Origin: Candidatus Latescibacterota bacterium
GTDB taxonomy: Bacteria; Latescibacterota; UBA2968
Assembly: GCA_965204375.1 (NCBI GenBank)
Contig: OZ241986.1
Span: 2,592,001-2,656,000 of the forward strand
DNA length: 64,000 nucleotides
Direction: 5' to 3'
Below are positions 39,010-47,613 of this stretch, one piece after another. The notes under the pieces are model-generated. The model was not told the origin of the DNA, did not search any database, and saw nothing but the letters and a program-made list of their open reading frames with translations. The first letter of the stretch is position 1. Each line of letters begins with the position of its first letter. The position numbers and the translations under genes are program-made.

Positions 39010-39038
39010 TTGACACCCTTTTGAATTTGGGCTATATT
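39010..39038 (+). promoter_or_regulatory. Putative sigma70 promoter
   Basis: TTGACA-17 bp-TATATT upstream of 39146. Confidence 0.55.
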
Positions 39039-39145
39039 GCTTGAAAGATCACTCTAATTTTTTAAAATACGATCTTATAGCGCATACAACAGACGTCATA
39101 GTTTGTAAAAAAATAATAACTTAAAATACGTCCCGGAGTTTAGTA

Positions 39146-39526
39146 ATGGCAACATTTACTGTTGATGAATTGGTCAAAGCTGCTGAGCAATTGCCTCAAA
39201 TAGATTTGGAGAATTTGACGGCGCAGGTACTTACACTCAAGGCAAGGCGCACAGCACCAGAATTGTCGAAAAATGAAGCCGAGTTACTCCGGAATGTCAA
39301 CCGGGGAATACCTGATGCGTTACAGAATCGATATCGAGAACTTATTGCCAGCAGACGCGCAGAAACACTGACCGGATCCGAACAGGCCGAATTGCTTCAC
39401 CTGACAAATCAGGTTGAAAAATATGATACAGAACGGCTGAAATATCTTACTGAACTTGCCAATATTCGAAAAATTTCTCTGACAGAACTTTTGGATGAAC
39501 TCGGCATTGAACCAGCCTATACATAA
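39146..39526 (+). CDS. Small helical protein, putative partner/antitoxin of the HNH nuclease
   Basis: LS..EAELL..VN.G.P...RY.EL...R.AETLT..E..ELL.LT...E...RL.YL.ELA; 3 bp from the HNH gene. Confidence 0.7.
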   Translation: MATFTVDELVKAAEQLPQIDLENLTAQVLTLKARRTAPELSKNEAELLRNVNRGIPDALQNRYRELIASRRAETLTGSEQAELLHLTNQVEKYDTERLKYLTELANIRKISLTELLDELGIEPAYT

Positions 39527-39529
39527 GCT

Positions 39530-39958
39530 GTGAACACGAGACTGAAACAAGCTGTTATTCGTCGTGCCCGGGGATGCTGTGAATACTGTCAGAGCCAGGC
39601 TCGTTTTGCAACCCATCCATTCTCTATTGAGCATATTCATCCGCTTAGTCGCGGAGGCGAAGATACGCTCAATAATTTGGCTCTGGCTTGCCAAGGATGT
39701 AATAACCACAAATATACCAAAGTTGAGGCACTTGATCCCGTCAATGGTCAGCCCGTTCCACTCTTTCATCCAAGACAGCAATTTTGGATCGACCATTTCA
39801 GATGGGCGGATGGCTTCACCCACATTGTCGGAATTACGCCAACAGGTCGTGCAACTGTAGAGGCTTTACAACTGAACCGTAGAGGTCTGGTAAATTTGCG
39901 CCGAATCCTATTCGCCGCAGGTGTACACCCGCCATCAAATTTTGATCAAAATAGATAA
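39530..39958 (+). CDS. HNH endonuclease
   Basis: CCEYC...IEHI.P...GG....NLALACQGCN.HK; GTG start. Confidence 0.88.
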   Translation: MNTRLKQAVIRRARGCCEYCQSQARFATHPFSIEHIHPLSRGGEDTLNNLALACQGCNNHKYTKVEALDPVNGQPVPLFHPRQQFWIDHFRWADGFTHIVGITPTGRATVEALQLNRRGLVNLRRILFAAGVHPPSNFDQNR

Positions 39959-39998
39959 ATCTCCATAAAACTCCTTCAAAGATTGCTGTATCGGCCAC

Positions 39999-40033
39999 AA
40001 AAAGCCCAACAGTCTAAACCGTTGGGCTTCTTC
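39999..40033 (+). terminator. Rho-independent terminator
   Basis: AAAGCCCAAC-loop-GTTGGGCTT with a T-rich tail. Confidence 0.65.
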
Positions 40034-40116
40034 TATTAATGGATATTGCGCTTCGATTAAATTTGTCGGATATTGCCTAGGTATTCATTACGACAACTCT
40101 TTTTAAACAACTACCC

Positions 40117-41127
40117 ATGCACATCTATATCCTCAAAAGATTACTGGCACTGATCCCTACCCTATTGGGCATCACAGTGCTGGTTTTTTTTATGGTACAT
40201 CTCGTACCTGGAGACCCGGCACAGATCATGCTGGGCGAACGGGCAAGTGCCGAAAGTCTGGCAGCCCTGAGGCGCGACCTGGGCCTGGATCAGCCATTGC
40301 ATATACAATTTGGCCGCTATCTATCCGATCTGCTACAAGGTGATCTGGGAAGGTCAATTAAATCGCACGAACGGGTATCCGTCGAACTAATGGCGCGTTT
40401 TCCCGCCACTATGGAATTGACATTCGCAAGCATGATTTTTGCCTGCATACTCGGCATTGGTGCAGGTGTAGCATCCGCTGTTCGGCGCGGCACATGGTGG
40501 GATTATATCGGCATGACCGCATCATTGGCAGGAGTCTCAGTGCCGATATTCTGGCTGGGATTACTGCTCATCCTCGCCCTTGCAGTCTCCCTACCGTTAT
40601 TTCCCGTCTCCGGACGACTCAGTTCCCATGTATTTATCCCCACATGGACCGGATTTTACCTCATAGACAGCTTGATCGCAGGTGACCTTCCGAGTTTCGG
40701 CGATGCCCTCTGGCATTTAATCTTACCGGGCATAACACTGGGCACCGTGCCCGCTGCTGTTATCGCGCGCATGACCCGATCGAGCTTGCTGGAAGTCTTG
40801 CGTGAAGATTATGTGCGCACTGCCTGGGCAAAAGGCTTGTCTGAACGGGTTGTCATATTGCGCCATGCACTGAAAAACGCATTCATCCCCGTCTTAACCG
40901 TAATCAGCTTGCAATTCGGCTATCTATTGGGCGGCGCTGTCTTGACCGAAAGTATCTTTGCCTGGCCTGGGGTCGGGCGCTGGTTGCTCCTCTCGGTTTA
41001 CGCGCGCGACTTTCGGGCAATTCAAGGGGGCGTACTAATTGTCGCTACCACCTTTGTCCTCATCAACTTAATCGCAGATCTGTTATACGCCTGGCTGGAT
41101 CCAAGGATCAAATACGGTAAGGAATGA
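40117..41127 (+). CDS. dppB: Dipeptide ABC transporter permease
   Basis: YILKRLL..IPTL, PGDPA, GDLG.S and RMTRSS.LEVL.EDY.RTA.AKG. Confidence 0.92.
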   Translation: MHIYILKRLLALIPTLLGITVLVFFMVHLVPGDPAQIMLGERASAESLAALRRDLGLDQPLHIQFGRYLSDLLQGDLGRSIKSHERVSVELMARFPATMELTFASMIFACILGIGAGVASAVRRGTWWDYIGMTASLAGVSVPIFWLGLLLILALAVSLPLFPVSGRLSSHVFIPTWTGFYLIDSLIAGDLPSFGDALWHLILPGITLGTVPAAVIARMTRSSLLEVLREDYVRTAWAKGLSERVVILRHALKNAFIPVLTVISLQFGYLLGGAVLTESIFAWPGVGRWLLLSVYARDFRAIQGGVLIVATTFVLINLIADLLYAWLDPRIKYGKE

Positions 41128-41136
41128 CAGCACACA

Positions 41137-42006
41137 ATGTCACACATTCAAGACACCTTACAAACACCACCGCAAACCACTGCGCTATTGCTCTGGTATC
41201 GCTTGCGCAAAAACCGTCTCTCCATTGTGGGAAGTATATTGATCGGTATCTTTTTGCTACTCGCCTTCGCAGCACCGTTGATAGCCCCTGCCGATCCAAT
41301 GGCGCAGGCACTCTACAATCGCTTATCGCCCCCAACACTCGAACACCCGTTTGGCACAGATGACTTTGGCCGAGACATATTGAGCCGCGTCATCTATGGC
41401 GCGCGGATTTCCTTACGAGTCGGAGTATTCGCCGTACTGATCGCCCTCGTATTGGGCACTTGCATTGGAGTCGTTGCGGGCTACTGGGGGGGATGGATAG
41501 ATCAAATATTGATGCGTCTGATGGATTTGCTACTCGCCTTTCCGAGCATATTGCTCGCAATCGGCATCGTAGCTATTTTGGGACCCGGCCTGGAAAATGC
41601 GATGTTGGCCGTCGGTATCGTGGCTATGCCGCAATATGCGCGCCTGATTCGCGCATCTGTCTTAACCGTGCGAGAAACCGATTATGTCATGGCCGCACGC
41701 GCCCTGGGGGCATCCGACTGGCGCATACTATGCGTCGCTGTCTTGCCCAATTGTCTCGCCCCATTGATCGTCCAGGCGACATTGGGATTGGCAACCGCGA
41801 TCCTCGACGCTGCTGGACTGAGCTTTCTCGGCCTGGGAGCACAGCCCCCCACCCCCGAATGGGGGGCGATGTTGAGCCAGGGACGCGAACTGATTGTGCG
41901 CGCGCCCTGGGTACTCACCTTTCCCGGTGGGGCGATATTTTTCACTGTACTGGCATTCAATCTGGTCGGCGATGGTCTGCGAGACGCGTTGGATCCAAAG
42001 GCTTAA
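41137..42006 (+). CDS. dppC: Dipeptide ABC transporter permease
   Basis: HPFGTDDFGRDILSRVIYGARISL, LSFLGLG.QPP.PEWG and GDGLRDALDP. Confidence 0.92.
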   Translation: MSHIQDTLQTPPQTTALLLWYRLRKNRLSIVGSILIGIFLLLAFAAPLIAPADPMAQALYNRLSPPTLEHPFGTDDFGRDILSRVIYGARISLRVGVFAVLIALVLGTCIGVVAGYWGGWIDQILMRLMDLLLAFPSILLAIGIVAILGPGLENAMLAVGIVAMPQYARLIRASVLTVRETDYVMAARALGASDWRILCVAVLPNCLAPLIVQATLGLATAILDAAGLSFLGLGAQPPTPEWGAMLSQGRELIVRAPWVLTFPGGAIFFTVLAFNLVGDGLRDALDPKA

Positions 42007-42025
42007 AGGTCAGCACATCCTGGAT

Positions 42026-42039
42026 ACGGGTCAAGTCCA
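42026..42039 (+). repeat. Junction motif ACGGGTCAAGTCCA, copy A
   Basis: 14-bp exact match to 43757-43770 and 50832-50845. Confidence 0.85.
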
Positions 42040-42113
42040 AACATAGCGACCTCTCCTTGTTATCCTCGGCTTATTCTGTAACATTGCAGACACTTCAGAT
42101 TTTTTTATGTTCC

Positions 42114-42214
42114 AAACATGGGACTTACAGAGTCTGTATTCAGGCCACAAACAGCCGTTTTTCCAACTGCTGACTTCCTCTCTACCAATTCGGCAACAGC
42201 ATCGCTTTAGTGGA
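42114..42214. repeat. 101-bp dispersed repeat, copy 2
   Basis: About 84% identical to 6723-6823, same orientation. Confidence 0.88.
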
Positions 42215-42237
42215 TAATGTAGAAGGTTCTACCGACA

Positions 42238-43557
42238 TTACCGGAATTCGAATTCCTCATTGTGAATGCGCCGCACGGGCACACCCTGTTTTTTCAATCC
42301 GTCGGAAACGGCAGCGACCATCGGCTTTGGACCGCAGAGATAATAGCTCCAATCCCTCAGTGCTCCGCCAAGGTCGGCTCCAATCACGTCCGCGTTGATC
42401 CGCACGCCAGCGTCGGACTCGAACAATATAATTGTTATACCGCCCAATTCAGCCGCTCGCGCCTCCAATTCGCTGAAGAACAGTGCCTCCCTGGCCATCC
42501 GCACGCAGTAATAAAGCCGAACGGTCTTGCCGTGCCCCGGCACCATCGTACGCAGTACGGACAGAAAGGGCGTAATCCCGATTCCTCCCGCCACCCATAC
42601 CTGTTTCTCGTAACCCCTGAGAGGGTTGAATCGTCCATAGGGTCCCTCGATGGCGACATCGGCACCCGCGGTTAAATTGTCGCGTACCCGGCGGGTGTAG
42701 TCACCGAGCACCTTCATCGTGAAGCGTAGCCTGTCCTCCTTCGCGCCAGACGAAATGGTAAAGGGATGAGCTTCCCTGAAACCGTTAGCGTCGATGGTGA
42801 TAAAGGCGAATTGTCCAGGCTCGAAAGGAAACATTCCGTCCTTCGGGTGTAGCACCACTTCGGTGGCACGCTCGAGCCTGTTGACCCCAATTAGGGTGAA
42901 GGGATGTTTCTTTTTCTTAGGATAAATGAACTGCTTGTAGGCATAGGCCGCTATCCCGGCGAGCAGCAGAAACGCAAGAACCACGCCTGGAGCGGAGAAG
43001 AGCGCAATCTCTTCGCCATCGTAAAGCACCAGAAAGACATGGACGCTGACGACAATGAAGAACAACCCCATGAACCGATGGGTCGTAATCCAGCGGTGAT
43101 AGGGAATCTTGCGATTCAGCGTGATGATAATCAGCAGCGTGAAGCCGACCGCCGCGATCGTGCCAAAGAGGTCAATGGGTAAGTCCTCTTCTTCGGCCGG
43201 AGACTCGAGCGGTGGTGCCGTGCTACCCTCATCAGACACGACGCTGGCTGCCGCAGCATCTCCCTCCGGCTCGCCCGGGACGGTCGCGTAGTGTGCGATA
43301 AACAGCAACAGGGCAGCGACACCAAGATGCTTGTGCAACCTGTACATCCGGTCCAGGCCGCCGAACGATGTCTCCACTGCGCGCGGGCGTGCCGAAAGCA
43401 GTAGCCCCATCGCCATGCAGATTACCGAACAGGAACCGGCGAAGTAAGAAAATTGTGCATCAAGCGGCATTGCTGCTGAGATCACGTGATACCAGTACAA
43501 CGCGGTGTATATCGCAAACGATGCCACGACGCCCCACACGCCTTTTCGCAAGTTCAT
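42238..43557 (-). CDS. Ferric reductase-like transmembrane protein with FAD/NAD-binding domains
   Basis: LDRMYRLHKHLG, WITTHR...H, EAHPFTISS, EGPYGRF, AGGIGITPF, CGP and EEFEFR. Confidence 0.88.
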   Translation of the reverse strand: MNLRKGVWGVVASFAIYTALYWYHVISAAMPLDAQFSYFAGSCSVICMAMGLLLSARPRAVETSFGGLDRMYRLHKHLGVAALLLFIAHYATVPGEPEGDAAAASVVSDEGSTAPPLESPAEEEDLPIDLFGTIAAVGFTLLIIITLNRKIPYHRWITTHRFMGLFFIVVSVHVFLVLYDGEEIALFSAPGVVLAFLLLAGIAAYAYKQFIYPKKKKHPFTLIGVNRLERATEVVLHPKDGMFPFEPGQFAFITIDANGFREAHPFTISSGAKEDRLRFTMKVLGDYTRRVRDNLTAGADVAIEGPYGRFNPLRGYEKQVWVAGGIGITPFLSVLRTMVPGHGKTVRLYYCVRMAREALFFSELEARAAELGGITIILFESDAGVRINADVIGADLGGALRDWSYYLCGPKPMVAAVSDGLKKQGVPVRRIHNEEFEFR

Positions 43558-43744
43558 GCTTTCCCCCTAACGCCTTGAAGTACACCCGGATTGAGTCCCT
43601 GGAGTTTTAGCACTTTCCCTTTGGCATAATATAATGCTTAATTGTCAAGGAGTTGTTATATTTTTCGAATTCAATACCGGATTTTTGCCACGTTTTGGCA
43701 GATGGCAAGGCAAGTTTAGCTCAGGTGATGGGTAATTTATGATA

Positions 43745-45169
43745 TTATCCACCAAAACGGGTCAAGTCCAGTTGCGCAACAGCGCGTTCGTACTCCATAT
43801 CATAATACGGATTGGGTTCGTTGGGGATAATGGCTTTTGCATCGCGCTGCCAATTTTTGAGGTCCTGCAAAAGTTCAGTGGCTTTTTCGGGATGATCAGT
43901 GGCAAGATCGTTTTGCTCCCCGATGTCGTTTGCAATATTGTAAAGTTCCACACTCCCGGTATCAAACTGCTCAATCAGTTTCCAATCACCCTTGCGGATA
44001 GCTCCCGAAGGCACAGTGCGCCAACCTGTACCCTGGCCTGCGCGACCACCCCGCAAGGGTGTGATATTTTGGCAATCAGACCCTCCAAGATACAGAGGGA
44101 AGTGCCAGTACAGGGTATCGCGTTTAAGGGATGTTCCGCCAGAGAATAGAGGAATTAGGCTTTCACCATCAACGGGTTGATGCTCAGGAAGTGTACCAGA
44201 AGTGACTTCAGTTAGGGTAGGCATAAAGTCGATACCGTAGATCGGCACATCGCATGTTGTACCCGCAGGAATGACACCAGGCCAACGCATGCAGGTAGAT
44301 ACGCGGATACCGCCTTCGTAAAGCGCACCTTTGCCACCGCGTAACGGATCCATATCGGTGTATTTGGCTATGCCGCCATGATCGGCTGATAAGATGACAA
44401 GGGTATTGTCTGCAAGGCCGAGATCGTCGAGCGTTTGCATCACGCGACCCACGCTTTCATCAACGCTTTCAACCATGGCACCATAAGGCGGGTTGGGATG
44501 CCCGGCTTTCTCGTAGGCGGCAATTTTATCAGCTTTGGCTAAAATGGGGGCGTGCAGTGCCCAGTGGGCGAGATAAAGAAAAAAAGGACCATCCCGATTG
44601 TCTTGAATGAACTGAACCGCTTCGTCGGTGAGCCGATCTGTGAGATACTCACCTTTGGGACCATCGCGCATAGCGGGATTTTTATAAGGACTAAAATGAC
44701 GTCCCATGCGCTGGTGACCACCAACATTGTGATCAAAGCCTTTAGATATGGGTCCCGCTTCGGGATCATTGCCAAGCTGCCATTTGCCGATAGAACCACA
44801 AGTATATCCCGCAGATTTGAGCACTTGTGGTATGCAAGTGACATCGGGCTTGAGGGCTATCGGATATTTAGAAGGAAAGCGTTCTAAATCGGTATCGCGA
44901 ACAGGCGTTATCAATTTCATCAGACGAACATCGCCTTTAGATGCGCCACCGGGTGTATAAATCTCATGACGCGGTGTGTACATGCCCGACATAATACTGG
45001 CACGGGAAGGCGCGCAATTAGGCCCACAAGAATACGTCTGCGGAAAAATCATGCCACCGTGAGCAAGGCGATCAATATTCGGCGTTTCATGCGTCTTACA
45101 ACCCAGAAAGCCAACATCACGCCATCCCATGTCCGATATGATGATAAAAACGATATTTGGCGATGTCAT
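43745..45169 (-). CDS. Sulfatase (arylsulfatase A-like)
   Basis: PNIVFI..DMGW, CAPSRAS, GKWQLG and GKG.LYEGG.RV; the last residues (LDLTRFGG*) are encoded by the junction motif. Confidence 0.9.
   Translation of the reverse strand: MTSPNIVFIIISDMGWRDVGFLGCKTHETPNIDRLAHGGMIFPQTYSCGPNCAPSRASIMSGMYTPRHEIYTPGGASKGDVRLMKLITPVRDTDLERFPSKYPIALKPDVTCIPQVLKSAGYTCGSIGKWQLGNDPEAGPISKGFDHNVGGHQRMGRHFSPYKNPAMRDGPKGEYLTDRLTDEAVQFIQDNRDGPFFLYLAHWALHAPILAKADKIAAYEKAGHPNPPYGAMVESVDESVGRVMQTLDDLGLADNTLVILSADHGGIAKYTDMDPLRGGKGALYEGGIRVSTCMRWPGVIPAGTTCDVPIYGIDFMPTLTEVTSGTLPEHQPVDGESLIPLFSGGTSLKRDTLYWHFPLYLGGSDCQNITPLRGGRAGQGTGWRTVPSGAIRKGDWKLIEQFDTGSVELYNIANDIGEQNDLATDHPEKATELLQDLKNWQRDAKAIIPNEPNPYYDMEYERAVAQLDLTRFGG
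43752..43770 (+). repeat. Junction motif CCAAAACGGGTCAAGTCCA, copy B
   Basis: 19-bp exact match to 50827-50845; a degenerate inverted copy lies at 43685-43701. Confidence 0.85.
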
Positions 45170-45211
45170 AAGGATCTCCTTTACGCAGCCAGTAGTTTTG
45201 ATGGCTCAATT

Positions 45212-47008
45212 TTATCGGTATTGAAATTCCGGCGACCCTATCAACATACTGATCACCTGAACGTCTTTGCGTTCGGCATCTGCAGGAATCGTCTCTTTAA
45301 CCTCTGACGCAATAGCACTCGTATCCTGAGCTGGCAACAGCAACTTGCTATACATCGCCAATGCCTCTTCCGTTGTCAGACCAGCGCTATCCTCAGGCAA
45401 TTGCTTCAACGTCACCCCGTTAATACGACCAGTGGCCAGATGGATACCAAAATTCATTCGCGCAATCAAAGTACCTGAATTTGCCCACGACTCGGCATAA
45501 TCCGGAAAACCCGTAGGCTGCAAATAACCATACAGCGGCTCGCCCATGCGATCAAACCAGCGCATCAGCGGTTGTGCATTCTTCACATCGGCTTCCAATG
45601 CGCGAAGAGAACTCACCACCAGTTCTAACGGCGACTTCATCTTGCTGCGCTTCTTCGCCTCTGCCCAAAACACGCGGGATTGTGCCAGCGTAGCCATCAC
45701 AGCAGCGATATCTCCATCGGTTTTGGTAAAGGTTTCCGCCATCTCATCAATCAGATCATCTGACGGTTCATCGTTTACAAACCGACGCGCCAGCTTTGTG
45801 GAAATAAAACGCGCAGTTGAAGGGTGTTTAGACAGCATATCCAGAACGCGCTCGCCCTCTTCTAAGCCACCCCCTGCCGGGAACTTCTCACCCAACACCA
45901 CCTTGGCTTTTTTGTCGTGCCAGTCTTTGCGGAATAAAAATTCGCCCTGACGAATGACTTTTTTTCTTCCATTTGCAATTTGCTTCTCGAGATTTTTTCG
46001 CACATTTTTCGCATTGTTATAAGGCATTGCAGCCCATCCGGTCAACACGCGCGCAACCTCCGTAACATCGCGCTGTGTGTACCCACCATCCACACCCAGC
46101 GTGTGCAACTCCATCAACTCGCGCGCATAATTCTCATTCAAACCATACTTGCGTTTTGGAGGTGTCTTCGGCTCCGCAACAGCCTTTGCCATCTCACCAC
46201 CCATCATCTCGCCGCTCATCATACCACCGTCCATATCGCCATCCATACCCATCTCGCCCGATGCCACCCCCTGTTTGGGCTTTGCCTGCTCCCGTTTAGA
46301 TGGCGACGCCATGCGTGACTGTGCATTGTCCAGATAATACAACATCGCCGGATGCTTCGCTGTCGCACCCAAAATCACGCGGAACTTACCCAACACATGG
46401 GGGCGAATCGCATCGCGCTCATAAGAAAGCGCGCGATTGCGCACCGCACCATCACTCGTGGTCACATTGAAGTGATTGAACCAGAAATCTGTCAGCACCT
46501 CGACGAGTTGGTTCTCGCTATACACCGCCCGCATCACTTTCTGCCCCCGAAGCTCCTGACTGGCAAGCGTGCCATAGGAACGCAACCCGTGCTTCTTGCG
46601 ATACGCACTTATCTTTTTATTCATCTCTTTGCGAGGCGTCTTTGCGGCGGGATCGATCAATCCCTCTTTCTCCATCATACTGCGAACCAGACCATTTCGC
46701 ACATAGATTGCCTGCATTTCAGCCGGCGTCATTTTCAACGCGGGATACGCTTCCAATCGCTTGTCCAACTCGGCATCCGACAAATTGCCCTTCAACTGCT
46801 GAGCCAGCCATTTCTCAGGCCCCATCTGCGCCACCTTTTCCACTTCACCGGGTCGCGCACCAAAGGCAAAACGCTCTAAAAGATACGCTGCAGCCTGCTC
46901 TTTGCTCAGCCCTTCTGCCTTGTAGGGCAGTTGCAAATCAGCATTCGCCGGAACTACTGCAAGCAACGCACTACAGCACAAAACAGAGAGTACAACGCGT
47001 AATATCAT
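45212..47008 (-). CDS. DUF1800 family secreted protein
   Basis: LER.AFG.RPG, QL.E.L..FW.NHF, HPAML.YLDN, NENYARELMELHTLG and SPEFQYR. Confidence 0.9.
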   Translation of the reverse strand: MILRVVLSVLCCSALLAVVPANADLQLPYKAEGLSKEQAAAYLLERFAFGARPGEVEKVAQMGPEKWLAQQLKGNLSDAELDKRLEAYPALKMTPAEMQAIYVRNGLVRSMMEKEGLIDPAAKTPRKEMNKKISAYRKKHGLRSYGTLASQELRGQKVMRAVYSENQLVEVLTDFWFNHFNVTTSDGAVRNRALSYERDAIRPHVLGKFRVILGATAKHPAMLYYLDNAQSRMASPSKREQAKPKQGVASGEMGMDGDMDGGMMSGEMMGGEMAKAVAEPKTPPKRKYGLNENYARELMELHTLGVDGGYTQRDVTEVARVLTGWAAMPYNNAKNVRKNLEKQIANGRKKVIRQGEFLFRKDWHDKKAKVVLGEKFPAGGGLEEGERVLDMLSKHPSTARFISTKLARRFVNDEPSDDLIDEMAETFTKTDGDIAAVMATLAQSRVFWAEAKKRSKMKSPLELVVSSLRALEADVKNAQPLMRWFDRMGEPLYGYLQPTGFPDYAESWANSGTLIARMNFGIHLATGRINGVTLKQLPEDSAGLTTEEALAMYSKLLLPAQDTSAIASEVKETIPADAERKDVQVISMLIGSPEFQYR

Positions 47009-47069
47009 TGCAAACCTCCTTGAAAAATTCCCAAAAGGAATGGCCTCTTTGAATGTCTATAAATTGCAT

Positions 47070-47085
47070 TGCAAAAAGTGTGCCA
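47070..47085 (-). promoter_or_regulatory. Sigma54 (-24/-12) promoter, identical to the one at 9173-9188
   Basis: Minus strand TGGCAC-ACTTT-TTGCA about 60 bp upstream of the DUF1800 ATG. Confidence 0.88.
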
Positions 47086-47106
47086 ATGCGAATTAACCTG
47101 AATAAC

Positions 47107-47220
47107 TATATTCGTAAGATATTATTTTTAATCAGGATAGAATTATTAAAAAATAAGAGTTAGACTGGATTTTATATTTTCGAGATCATATATAATCTCA
47201 AAAATGATCAGTCTAACTCT
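47107..47220. promoter_or_regulatory. Candidate IHF-like site and upstream activator inverted repeat
   Basis: TATATTCGTAA (also at 9212) and a perfect 12-bp IR AGAGTTAGACTG (47156-47167) / CAGTCTAACTCT (47209-47220). Confidence 0.6.
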
Positions 47221-47230
47221 CAAGTATTAC

Positions 47231-47365
47231 TTAGGTGTTTTGGGCTGTGGCGAACCAGAGATAACCCTCGCTGTCTTCGGCAACGTGTTGGATGCGTATG
47301 CTCGACAGGCCATCGGCCATAGAGTAAGTCCGCCAGGTACCTGTGCGGTTAAGTGATTTGATCAT
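47231..47365 (-). pseudogene. Truncated 5' remnant of a paralogue of the propeller-sigma54 activator
   Basis: MIKSLNRTGTWRTYSMADGLSSIRIQHVAEDSEGYLWFAT versus MIKPLERTGTWQTYSMADGLAGIRTEHIAEDSEGYLWFAT at 9446; stops after 44 aa. Confidence 0.88.
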
Positions 47366-47613
47366 AAAAAACCTTATTATCAAGCGCCTATATTGGGATA
47401 GAGTATAGCTGGTCCAGTCCAGTTCACGCTTTAATTCAATGATGCACGCAACGCCATCCACAACATTTGACAACTTTGTAAAAAAATACTACACTGATAC
47501 CCAATGTCAAGCGGTGTAAAACGGGGCAATGTTCAGCCCGGTTCGAGGTCGGCAAGGTTGGATTTGAAAACACGCCTTGCTGGTCACACATCACAGAGAA
47601 AGGACGGTTGTCC

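Noticed and set aside
43606-43630. TTAGCACTT resembling a CIRCE half-site
   Set aside because: There is no matching GAGTGCTAA arm 9 bp downstream, and it is not upstream of a chaperone gene.
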